Positions 27,146-39,500 of a DNA stretch of 64,000 nt are shown piece by piece. How positions within the stretch are numbered: the first letter of the stretch is position 1; every line of letters begins with the position of its first letter. Source of the DNA: Macrostomum lignano. Lineage: Eukaryota. The stretch covers positions 310,001-374,000 of the forward strand of contig NIVC01000169.1 of NCBI GenBank assembly GCA_002269645.1. The letters run 5' to 3'. The notes beneath the pieces are model-generated. The model ran no database searches and was not told the DNA's origin. It was given only the letters and a program-made list of their open reading frames with translations. The position numbers were made by a program, and so were the translations under genes.

Positions 27146-27949
27146 GACTGCAGATACATATTGGTCATTAGCAGTTTTATAAGTAAATGCATGTGATGCA
27201 TAAGCTTTGAATGCACTTTTGACCCCAAGTTCTATTATAAATAAGAGAAAGCTAAACCTACTCACTAAGTAGCAAATATCGCATTTTATTAATTTTATGC
27301 ATATACAATTCACGCAGAACAGGAGTTCAAAGAATTAAATACTACTATTTAAAACAAACCTACGAGCGTATTATCCGCCATAGCACGATTTTTGTTTTTT
27401 TCCTCTTTTCTAAGAAACAGGAACGCCGCAATGGCATGGCAATCCAATCCAAAAGAGCATTTCTTCAGGATAATTAGTGGTCGGCCGAAGGTAAGGGGCA
27501 CACATAAAGCTTTCTGTATACAGAAGCAATTATCGAGAATCAATACAACAAAAATTCAGTTTTTAGTCGTCAAACTAACTGATAATATTGATAGAAAATG
27601 AGAGCAGATTATTTTCGGATCGGCGTTGTTGCCTAAAATTTGCGCGGATGAAAATAAAAGAATGTTTTTTTAAAGAAAAATTGCCCAAATAACAGTCCAT
27701 TGCTCTGGGTTCCACTTCCGCTTAGGGGGGCGGCGGAATGATGTCGGGTGAAATCTATATTATGTTGCCGGGCAGCTGAGCAGCGGGTTCTGCTCAGTAT
27801 AATTCTATGCACTTTTCTCTTGAAATTTGTGAGTATCGGGAACTGAAGCTCTGATGAAGCTCTTTACGCTCGTATTCACAATAAAGCTTTTCCAGGCACA
27901 GCTTCAATGCGTGTTTCTTTAACACTGGCTCAGATACGATGATCTAAAG

Positions 27950-28660
27950 ATGAGGGAATCTAATCATCTCTGGATCTGGGATGTTAGGATCTAATGATCT
28001 GGGGAGCTAAGGATCTGGATATCTGGAGATCTGGGGATCTGGGGATCTAAGGATCTGGGGAGCCGGGGATCTAAGGAGCTGGTGATGAAAGGATCTGGGT
28101 ACCTGGATATTTAAGGATTTGGAGATTTAGTTATCTGGGGATGTGGGGATCTGAGAATTTGGGGATCTGGGGATCTGAGACTTTGGGGATCTGAGGATCT
28201 AGGGATTTGAGATCTGGAGATCTGAGGACCTGGCTATCTGGGGATCTGGGGATCTAAGGATCTGGGAATCTAAAGATCTGAATATCTAGGGATCTGAGGA
28301 TTTTGTGATCTAAGGATATGGGGATCTAAGGTTCTGGGGCTCTAAGGGTGGGGATCTAAGGATCTGTGGATCTGGGGATCTAAGTATCTGGGGATCTAAG
28401 GATCTGTGGATCTCGGGATCTGGAGATCTGGGGATCTGAGGATCCGGTATTTGGGGATCTGGGGATCTGAGGATTTGGCTATCTGTGATCTGGGGATCTG
28501 GGAATCTGGGGATCTAAGGATCTGGGAATCTGGGGATCTAAGGATCTGGGGATCTGGGGGATCTGAGGATCCGGTATTTGGGGATCTGGGGATCTGAGGA
28601 TTTGGCTATCTGTGATCTGGGGATCTGAGGATCTGGAAATCTAGGGATCTGGGAACATGA
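27950..28660. repeat. Third, most degenerate block of (GATCTGGGG)n satellite
   Basis: Direct reading. Confidence 0.9.
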
Positions 28661-29814
28661 AGATAGCAGATCTAAGAGTCATCAAGAACTGGCAGGCTGG
28701 CACCAAGCGTGACTCTGTGGCTACTAACAGTAGGATTTCCCTCCTTCCCTGCCTCAGTCTCACTGCCCGGCAATTGGTCCAGCCCGTCCCCCTATTGCCG
28801 GCTCAGCAGTGAGGTTGTGGGATTTTCTCCTTTACCTTGTGGCCACCTCAGTTAGCGCATAAATATCTGGCCTCTCACTTCCCCTCAGCCATCTTCAGTC
28901 CCAAGCAGAGTTTCCTTTCTAGCAGAGAATGCACGCCTGCCGCATCAGCGCTAAACCTTGCCGCCACGCTTTGCCACGAATAATAAAAGTTTTGCAGGAA
29001 TTCTCCAGCTAACAGCACGGCCTCGAAACATTCTTGCTGGTAAGTGACCCCCTCTGGCACTGTCTGCAACAGTCTTCTTTTGCAATTCCCGATCCCACAG
29101 AAGAGTTTGTTTAACGAATTCTTTTGTTAGTGCTCGGGTGGAACAGTTTTGGAATTACTGAAAGCGATTCTAATTACTGATTTTGACCCCGCCGAAGAGG
29201 GAACAAAATTCTCTGCTTTTGCTGCTACTAGAATCAGCAGAAATCAGTTTCAGCCTCTCCCCTCTGCCTGTCTGCTAAAACTCCAAGGCTTCCACGAGTT
29301 CTGTTCGAACTTTTTTCACCAGTCAAACAATAGCGCGCGCGGGTTGAGATTGAATCCGAGTAGAATTCTCCCAGTGTTCTCCTCTTCCCATTTTTTGAAT
29401 TGGGCAGCCGCTCCCACTGGTTTGGGAATCGATTTTCCCTTTTCAGTTCCGACACATATTCCTGTCTGCCGCCCGGCTAACAGTTTGCCCGCGGAAGCGC
29501 TCGGAGTTGCAGAAAAAAAAATTGACAGAGCTAACGGGGATGAAGCATCGGGAAGCGATGAAGTTCAACGGGCTGTGCGCCCCCCCCCCCGGCCCACCCG
29601 CTGTCCCCATGCGCTGTCCCCATGCGGTGAAAGCTGCGCTGTTCATCCACTTTCCAGCATGCGGAGAACAATTTAGGAACATTGGGACACCATTTTTCCG
29701 GGCAGCCTGGCTGACTCGATGGCTATTGGAACCCTGGAGTGCAAAATTCAGTGCACATTTGCTGCTAGCTAGGGTAGTTGATGTGCTGTTATCTGCATGT
29801 ACTCCAATGGGGTG

Positions 29815-30180
29815 TTCCAATGCGGGTGTTCCAATGCGGGTATTCCAATGCGGGTATTCCAATGCGGGTATTCCAATGCGGGTATTCCAATGCGGGTATT
29901 CTAAAGCGGGTATTCCAATGCGGGTATTCCAATACGGGTATTCCAATGCGGGTATTCTAATGCGGGTATTCCAATGCGGGTATTCCAATGCGGGTATTCG
30001 GATGGGGTATTCCGACGGGGGTATTCTAATGGGGGTATTCCGATGTGGGTATTCCGATGGGTGTATTCCGATGTGTTATTCATTCCGATGGTGGTATTCC
30101 AATGAGGGTATTCCAATGCGGGTATTCCGCTGGGGGTATTCTGATGGGGGTCTTTCGATGGGAGCATTTTGACGGGAGTA
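29815..30180. repeat. 14-bp minisatellite (TATTCCAATGCGGG)n, decaying rightwards
   Basis: Direct periodicity. Confidence 0.9.
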
Positions 30181-30724
30181 TTTCTAGTAGCTCCGGTGGG
30201 GATCTCTGAGATTTCAGAACTCTTTTCAATTCCGAGAACAAGGAACTTCAAAGGGAGTTGATAATTAAAGAAAATTCAGTGCAAAAAAAGCCAGTGAGGC
30301 GGGAGCAAAACACCAAGGAATAATTTACGCGAGAATTTCCTAGAAATGAGGCGGGCATTGCATAATTGACAGCGGCGCAGCCAGCCCGGCAGCAACTGAG
30401 CAGGAAACTAAAAAGCTGAAAAGTGGGCAAGCCAGCAAAGCTGGGGAAACAGGCCGAGCTTTTAACTCTCCGAGCTGTTTCTTGTGCTCAGGGGAGCTCT
30501 AGGGGACTCCAGAGGACTCAGCTTTCACCATCTCGAGCCTCTCCTACTTTAACCGAAATCTCGCTCGTGATAAATAGAAGTGGACATGGGAGGCGGCTGC
30601 CGATGAATCACCAGCCTGACCTGGCCCGCCACCCTGAGCAGCCGAAATTTAGCAAAACTCTCGGAAGCACCTCGAATCGAATCCGATTTCAGATAGCTTT
30701 TTTCTCCTCTGGCTTCCAGCTGTT

Positions 30725-31420
30725 CTCCAGCTATCCGCTCTCTCTCCCCACCTATCCGCTCTCTCTCCCCACCTATCCGCTTTCTCTCCCCAGCTATCCG
30801 CTCTCTCTCCCCACCTATCCGCTCTCTCTCCCCAGCTATCCGCTCTCTCTCCCCAGCTATCCGCTCTCTCTCCCCACCTATCCGCTCTCTCTCCCCAGCT
30901 ATCCGCTCTCTCTCACCAGCTATCCGCTCTCTCTCCCCAGCTATCCGCTCTCTCTCCCCAGCTATCCGCTCTCTCTCCCCAGCTATCCGCTCTCTCTCCT
31001 CAGCTATCCGCTCTCTCTCCCCAGCTATCCGCTCTCTCTCCCCAGCTATCCGCTCTCTCTCCCCACCTATCCGCTTTCTCTCCCCAGCTATCCGCTCTCT
31101 CTCCCCAGCTATCCGCTCTCTCTCCCACCTATCCGCTCTCTCTCCCCAGCTATCCGCTCTCTCTCCCCAGCTATCCGCTCTCTCTCCCCAGCTATCCGCT
31201 CTCTCTCACCAGCTATCCGCTCTCTCTCCCCAGCTATCCGCTCTCTCTCCCCAGCTATCCGCTCTCTCTCCCCAGCTATCCGCTCTCTCTCCTCAGCTAT
31301 CCGCTCTCTCTCCCCAGCTATCCGCTCTCTCTCCCCAGCTATCCGCTCTCTCTCCCCAACTATCCTCTCTCTCTCTCACCAGCTTTCCGCTCTCTCCCCA
31401 GCTATCCGCTCTCTCCCTTA
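30725..31420. repeat. 21-bp pyrimidine-rich minisatellite (CTATCCGCTCTCTCTCCCCAG)n
   Basis: Direct periodicity. Confidence 0.95.
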
Positions 31421-32204
31421 GCTTTTCTTCCTTAGCTTTCCTCTCTCTTCCCCTTGCTTCCCATTAATCTCTTTCTCCATGGCAGTCTCGACTCTCCTAA
31501 AAAATAGACCCTTCACGCGGTTCATGAGAAGTCTAGTTCTCATAATTCGAGCTAAACCGAAAATAATTTCCAAGCAGGTTATATTTCACTGAGCTTGAAG
31601 TTTTCAATCCTCTTTCTCGCTCAGATCTATCTAATTATGCATTACCAGAACACTATGTATACCAAGTTCTATATAAATACATGTAGCATTCATAATTAAC
31701 CCGCCCGGGGGGGGAAGCTGAGGAACCCACAAATCGAAAGATTGATCTCTCCCAACACAGGACCAACCCAAATTGATCTCCTTACGCGGCTTCAAACAAG
31801 AGATGAAGAGTGCTTGCTCGCAGGTTGCCGCTAAATTGTACTGCAATATCAGTGGGGATGGCCATGCATGACCAGAGCAACAGTTCGAATCCCAACATGC
31901 GGCTAAAATGTCCCCTTGCTAATCCGGCGCTTTGACCCGAGGCCGCTTTTTCAAATATCCCACGCCCACTGCAACTGCCGTTGCTTTCTCGTCTGCCGCT
32001 TTTTCTTGGTCACGCAAAGTCGCGCTGGCTGGGCAAAGGTGGCCAAGCCAGGGGATTCTTTCTCTGCTTCTCCTTGTGCTCCCATCAGTTCCCACAGTTA
32101 TCCCTTCATATGGCCAATTCCGCAATTTCTCGTTTTCTTAAATTTTTTCTTTAAACATTTTTGCGCAGGTGCTTTTGCCAGAGGTTTATTCACAAGCTAC
32201 TGTA

Positions 32205-32955
32205 CATAAAATTAACATTTATTTACATAATAAACTCACAATAAGAATCCCACAGTACATAAAATCAACATTTAGTTGCATATTAAACTCACAATAAGAA
32301 TCCCACAGTACATAAAATCAACATTTAGTTGCATATTAAACTTACAATAAGAATCCCACAGTACATAAAATTAACATTTAGTTACATAATAAACTCACAA
32401 TAAGAATCCCACAGTACATAAAATTAACATTTAGTTACATAATAAACTCACAATAAGAATCCTACAGTACATAAAATTAACATTTAGTTACATAATAAAC
32501 TCACAATAAGAATCCTACAGTACATAAAATTAACATTTAGTTACATAATAAACTCACAATAAGAATCCCACAGTACATAAAATTAACATTTAGTTGCATA
32601 TTAAACTGACAATAAGAATCCCACAGAACATAAAATCAACATTTATTTACATAATAAACTCACATTATGAATCCCACAGTACATAAAATCAGCATTTAGT
32701 TACATAATAAACTCACAACAAGCATCCCACAGTACATAAAATCAGCATTTAGTTACATAATAAACTCACAACAAGCATCCCACAGTACATAAAATCAGCA
32801 TTTAGTTACATAATAAACTCACAACAAGCATCCCACAGTACATAAAATCAGCATTTAGTTACATAATAAACTCACAATAAGAATCCCACAGAACATAAAA
32901 TCAACATTTAGTTACATAATAAACTCACAACAAGAATCCCACAGTACATAAAATC
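32205..32955. repeat. 53-bp AT-rich tandem repeat, about 14 copies
   Basis: cacagta at 32251 and 32304. Confidence 0.95.
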
Positions 32956-33570
32956 ATGTCATATTAGTTAACCCAATGTCCCAATTGTCCAGGCCATTCG
33001 CGGATGCCAACAACTAACAAGAACTCATCTGAAAAGACAGCAAAGTGAAAGTGTGTTTAAAAATAGATTGAGACTGGTCTTCTAGCAAAGCCAGCAAGTC
33101 GCGGAGGCTTAAAAACCAGAGACTAATCATTCACACCTTCTTCCCCATCATCGCCAGGGTAAAAGTGGGAAAGTCAGCGCATGTCCATCATCGCTCACTG
33201 CCAGGATCGGTGGTGACTCAACCGTAGCCCTGGACTCGCCGTGCGGGCAGTGAGACAGGCCACCGCCGTCCAACACTCTCCCATTGTCTCGCCTCACACC
33301 TCCCACACTTCTCTTAAAGCCTTACTCAACTGGGTACAGAAGAATGCAAAAAGTCACCCTGCTAAGATGGAGCAGTTTTTTCCCTTCCTTCATCCGCCTC
33401 TCAGACTCCTAAGTTTACCTCCTAGTGTGCATAGAAGATGCTTGCGTTGCAGTTTTGAACACCGCCATCACTCCCTCCCCCTACACGATTTGCAGACTCC
33501 ACTGCATTATTCAGCAACTGGACGAGCCACCTGTCACTCTGTCCGCCAGTCTTCGAAGTCTTCGAAATCA

Positions 33571-36500
33571 ATGACAACCCGACAGCGGCAGCTATTAGCT
33601 GGGCGAGTTCTACGCCGGCAACCGCTGATGCTGCTGCTGCTGCTGGCAGGTGAGTTGGGTCTGTCTGGCCCTAGCGACACAATATTTTTAGACTCTGCAC
33701 CCCGATTGGATCGAAATCAGCCAGCCAAGAGACTTTAAGAGACTGGATGAAGCTGGTGGAGATTGGCGGCCCACTCCACAGGCTGCTGGGTCGAGTGGCT
33801 TGGAGGTCTCGGCTAGGGATTTTAATTAATGCCATAAAAGCCAGTGTTGGACTCTTATATATAAGAGAGAAAAAAAGTGAAGGCGCGATGGTAAGACTGT
33901 GTCAAGAGCGGTCCCACTTTCACCGCTTCGGAATTGGATAAGAAGGCCGGCCGGCCAGAAGATTCTAATTTAACCAAAAATGTGCCCTTCCCTCAGCTTA
34001 GAGACAGTGGAAGAATGGCGACATGCTTGAAGAAGAGGAGAAGGAGGAGAATGAACTCTTCAAAACGAGTTCGCCCAAGAGGAAAAGTGTGACCGCTTAG
34101 CAAACTCGAGTGACGGTCGAGTTCGGGCACTTGAGACGCGACCGGTCATGCGCTTAAAATGTCTAAATGAGCTCTTGAAAATTGATTGACACTTCTCTAG
34201 CTGTGCATTTGAGATTGAGCAAATCATGATGACTCTCTTGTGCCTTCTGTCTTCTAATTGTGTCTGATTTTTCCGGCTCAGAACAAGAGAGTAGAGTCCT
34301 GACAGTTGACGCAGCGGGGGTTTGGGGGGGATAGCTCAGCTGATCCGTGATGAGTTGCCAGGGGGCAGGGAGGAGTGCAACTGATTAGCGGCTACAGCTG
34401 ACTGATAGGTCACGCGACCCGCCTGTTTGGGATATTTGAGGATAATATGCGATATGAATGCATGGGGCAGAATATAGGAGCTAGAGGGGAGCACTGTACA
34501 GACTGCGGATTGATGTTGGATGCTGGATATGCGGGCCGGTCGATTTTGCATCGATGGCACTGCGCAGGGGGGGGGGCAAGGGAGGGTTGCAGTCCACCCT
34601 GAAACTGACACTTATTGACGGACTCCGGTGCGTGCTCCCCATCCGCATCGGGCCAGCGAATTCACTTCCCTCTATTACGTAATCAAAGCAGCTGATGAAG
34701 CTTCAGCTCATTTTTGTGTGCATATGTTTTTTTTAACTCGGAGAAGTTTTATTATTCTTTAGCAGCGCTGAGATCTCTTGCAGCATTGGGAGTGCCAGTC
34801 AGTGGAGTTATTAAATATACTCAACAACATTAAAAAGTCGCCACCTTTGACAGTGCACAGTAAATTCTAGCTCAGTGTTGACTTTTGAGTGACGCAACTT
34901 GCGCCACGCGGCGCGATGCAGAGTTGGGCTGAGTGAGGAGGGATTGGGAAGAGCGGAGGGCAAAGATTGGATGTGGGGATTGAAGCTTCCGCCCGGTTTT
35001 CTTTGTTTTTTCAAGCATTTTTATATATTTAAATGGTTGGCCAGGTGATAGAGGCTGGTCGAAAGACACTGCTCACTGGGGCAAAGGGTGGCGACTTTTC
35101 AATGTTGCTGAGTGCTGAGTGAATATATACAATCAGAGACTCATATACACACACACATATATATATATACGTATATGAACGGCAAAGGAAGCTGGGTAGG
35201 GATGATGTTGACAAAGCTCCTCCCACTGTATTTTTGTCCAAAACCGGCCGCGCCCGAAAAGCGTGCCGCCCACGGCGTCATTTGGCACTCAATTTGCAGG
35301 GGGGGGGGCGGGTTGGGGAGGGTTGGGGTGCCTCAGGCCGCTGGAATACGTTTGGTTTAATAAATTATTCAAGCAAAACTTCCACCCTGCCGCCACTACC
35401 AACCCCCCACTACAAATTTTCTACAAAAAAGTTGCTGGTCGCCTGCCTTCACACTGCTCTGGGTCTTATAGTCTGCTGGACTCTCTCTCTCTCTCTGTGT
35501 GCTCAGGACGGCTATGAAGTCTCACAGTCACGCAACCCCGCTCTGGATTGATAGCGGCAGGCATGGGATTGGGGAAGATTCGCTGCACTGCATGCAAGAC
35601 TAGATTCATTCTGAACCATATGATCGAGGCAGCACTGCATGGCTATGGCTATAGCTCTCATTATTAATTTCGCAGCTCATTAGCAGAGTGCCGACACTGA
35701 ATCTGCATGAGCGCAGCTTCAGCTGATCAAGATCGCTGTCGCGCACTTGAAGTCGCTTTTCGATGCCCACTTTGCTCGGGGCATCCGATCACGTAGGGGC
35801 CAGCCAATCAGAAGCAGCACAGGAGGGGCAAAAAATCGAGGGCAGCCAATCAGAGACAGGCAATCAGAGACAGGCAATCAGAGACAGGCAATTTATCAGA
35901 GACAGGCAATCAGAGACAGGCAATCAGAAACAGGCAATCAGAGACAGGCAATTTATCAGAGACAGGCAGTCAGAGACAGGCAATCAGAGACAGGCAATCA
36001 GAGACAGGCAATTAATCAGAGACGGGCAGTTTATCAGAGACAGGCAATCAGAGTCAGGCAGCATGGTGTTGACATCAATCTGACCAACACAAGACACATG
36101 ATTTTTGCATCAATATCTCTTGGACAAGTCAGCTGAATGCAGTTGCTACCTCAGAAAAAGTAGCCAGTCTAGTCGAATTGCATTTTAGCTAGCATTTAGA
36201 GAAACAGTTCACAGTTCTAGACGCTGTTTTTGTTTAAATCGCGTGACAAAAACATTTGTTGAGAAGCTTTGAGCTACCACTTAAAGTATCAGCTCATTTT
36301 TGCTCACATACACTTCGCTTCAATGACCTCCTCGCTCGGCCACTTCCCTCCCCCCTAACCTCTCGATAATTCAATCCAGCATTGATCTTCGTACCTGTCT
36401 ATCCCACACCCCTCACCCTCAGCACCTGAATCAATTCTGGGAAAATTGTCCTCTCATCCGCAGTCCTGACGACCAAGTGTCTACCTTCTAGCCTATATAT

Positions 36501-39500
36501 AATACACGAGCCAACGCTGTGCACTTTGCTGCCAAAGCGGCATGGGTTACCATGGGCGCAGGTGCTGAGACAGTCGCGTGCAGGGGCAGGTGGATCGATT
36601 GGGAATCGGACCGGATAAGGAGCTGGATGGGAGAAATCTAGAGAGCCTCGGAGACTCGAGTAAGCCTACAGACCGACATCCGGAGTTTGAGATCCGCTCC
36701 AACTGCCTCCTCTTGGCCAGCAGGCAGCAATTTTCAGCCCAAATTGGAAACAAGTCGCCGTTCGAAGAGTCCAGTCTGAATCAATATCTGCACCTTGTTG
36801 TTGCTTTGCTATCAGTATGGACCTGTCTGCTGTAAATTTTCTCTTGAGTCGAAATTAACGTCGTGAATCGAAATTATTTAGCAACTACTTCAACACGGAC
36901 ATCTTTACACAGTCTCTGGCGCATTTCCAAAGGTTGACTACAAGTATTTGAAGGCCTCGTTTCTATGCGAATGTATTTTTAGATTTTAGCACGTAATCAA
37001 CTATTTCTTTGGCCATGGGGGTTGTCCAGCGATTCACACCCATGAAAGGGGGGCCAACCCCCAAGGATCAGAGAGTTTACATGCCTGACGATTAGAAAGT
37101 CAAGGCCCCTGTACACCCTGTGTGAGCGCGCGCACGAGTGCGTTCCCGCGTACACTGTTGGAGCACAGGCAAAAGGGCGCAAACGCGGCAGTGACACAAG
37201 CGCGCAGACAATTTTGACGGCAGTGACACAAGCGCGCAGACAATTTTGACGGCAGTGACACAAGCGCGCAGACAAATCTGACGGCAGTGACACAAGCGCG
37301 CAGACAATTTTGACGGCAGTGACACAAGCGCGCAGAAAATTTTGACGGCAGTGACACAAGCGCGCAGACAAATCTGACGGCAGTGACACAAGCGCGCAGA
37401 CAATTTTGACGGCAGTGACACAAGCGCGCAGACAATTTTGACGGCAGTGACACAAGCGCGCAGACAATTTTGACGGCAGTGACAAACGCGCAGACAATCG
37501 AGGGCCTCTTTTGTTGCCTTGGACTTGCTCCATTCTCAAACTATTCAGATGAGTGACATTGGATAAGAGTAGTAAGAAGTAGTGGGCTTTTATACGATAA
37601 ACAGACATGCACAAACAGCCACACAATCCCTCTTCGTAGTTGTAGGTATTCAACGTAGGTTAAGGACCACAAAAGATGTACATCACCTGACTAACTAGTG
37701 CCCATAGTCTGTAATCACTAGAACGGCACTCACTCAAGGTGGAGGGGCTAAATCATCAAAATACCCATAAAACATCCACGTCATAAATCACCCGAGCCGA
37801 GCTCAAGTTGCATTCAGATGCGCGCTTGTGCCAGACACGTACATTTTAACTGCGCTCTTGCACCAGAGTCATGCATTTGAAATGCGCGCTTGTTCCAGAC
37901 GTCTGCATTTGAAATGCGCGCTTGTTCCAGACGTCTGCATTTGAAATGCGCGCTTGTTCCAGACGTCTGCATTTGAAATGCGCGCTTGTTCCAGACGTCT
38001 GCATTTGAAATGCGCGCTTGCTTGTTCCAGACGTCTGCATTTGAAATGCGCGCTTGTTCCAGACGTCTGCATTTGAAATGCGCGCTTGTGTCACGTAGAG
38101 CAGTTTCAAAATGCACGCTAATGTCATGCGCGCTTAGTCATGCGTCCCAGGAAATCTGATCTTCAACTCTCTCAAGTCTCTCAAGCAGCCGACGGTGTCA
38201 GGATAGTAACTGATGACCCGTTCGAGAAAGATGGCTTAATATTCTTACTGCTAAAGATGAGAGATGTCAAGGAACAAGTTTAACGGACTGACATTGCAAG
38301 CAGCCAGCTGCTCAAGAAGCGATCGCGTGTTACACGGGCTTCAACGCGCTTTTTTCCGAAGGCAGCAGCTAGTTCGCAGCCGGGAGTGTGGCAGTGAATG
38401 AAAAATGGTGCCAGAGGGTTGGCAAAGGAAAGAATGAAGTTACCATAATAATGACTTGACGGAAAGGAATGGAAACTTACAAAAGCCGCAGTATTAGAAG
38501 AAACTGATCAGCGAGAGAAAGGAGGGAAAAGTTAGAGGACAGGGGGATCGGGAAAGACGGGAAGTGAATGAATGGAGGATGGCAAAGAATGATGGAAGGC
38601 TCCCCCGGGCTTGGAAGTTTGGGAGGCCGCTGGGTGCCGGTAGGCGTAGCGAAAGTAGTAGCATAACAAATAGAAGAGATTAGCCCGCAGCGCACTTTGG
38701 GATATTAATTTTGCAGTGGCCTTCCGCCTCTGGGAGTAGAGCAGGCCTCTAAGAAGAAAGTAGTGCAGACTATCTCCGAGCTTTGTGGCCCAGCTATCCA
38801 GCGCCAACCTTCATCAGTGGCGGGAGTTTTCATTTATCTTCTTCTCTTGCATTTGCTGGCCATCTCTCACTCCCTCTTCCCTTTCTCTAAATCTGTTTAC
38901 TTCTAACGGCTGTCTGTCCATCCTTGGATCCCCTTTAATCCCCCATTTAAGAAGCGCTTGTGTCCGATTTCCGATATGATTTTCCTGGAGCACTTCTCTC
39001 TCTATCGGTGATTTTTCTTTTCTTGTCGCAGCTTTCGTCCTTCTGTGTCATTGCACTTTAAGTCATTCTCCCTCCTCTCTATGGTTCTCTCTCCCTCCCC
39101 TCTTCTCGTTTCTGATTGGTTGGCTTATCGATTGGTATCTCAATCCTAGTGGCACACTGTACACTCAGGCCACCCCACCACCCCAGATTTCGCGGGCCAA
39201 GGCGTGGCCGTCATACCCGTATTTTGGGGAAGGGGGCGTGGCGGGGCGGTGGTTTGCGTACGGAATCTACGGGGGAGGAGTCAGGGCAGATGTACAACCC
39301 CAATGTGAACTATGCGTGTCTGTGTACACACGGGCAGGCGCGCACTCACACAGGGCCATGACTTTCCCATTGTTATTTTTATACGAAATTATCGGAAAAT
39401 TCTCTGAAACATAAGCTTAACTTCTAAAATCTCACCTTTTCTCTACCTTTAATTCTCCTTCTCCTCGTAAATAATCAGCCTGCTGCTGCTGAACGCTTCG

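Noticed and set aside
38211-38240. CTGATGA...GAAA hammerhead-like string
   Set aside because: No closing pair for stem II, no stems I/III, single copy.
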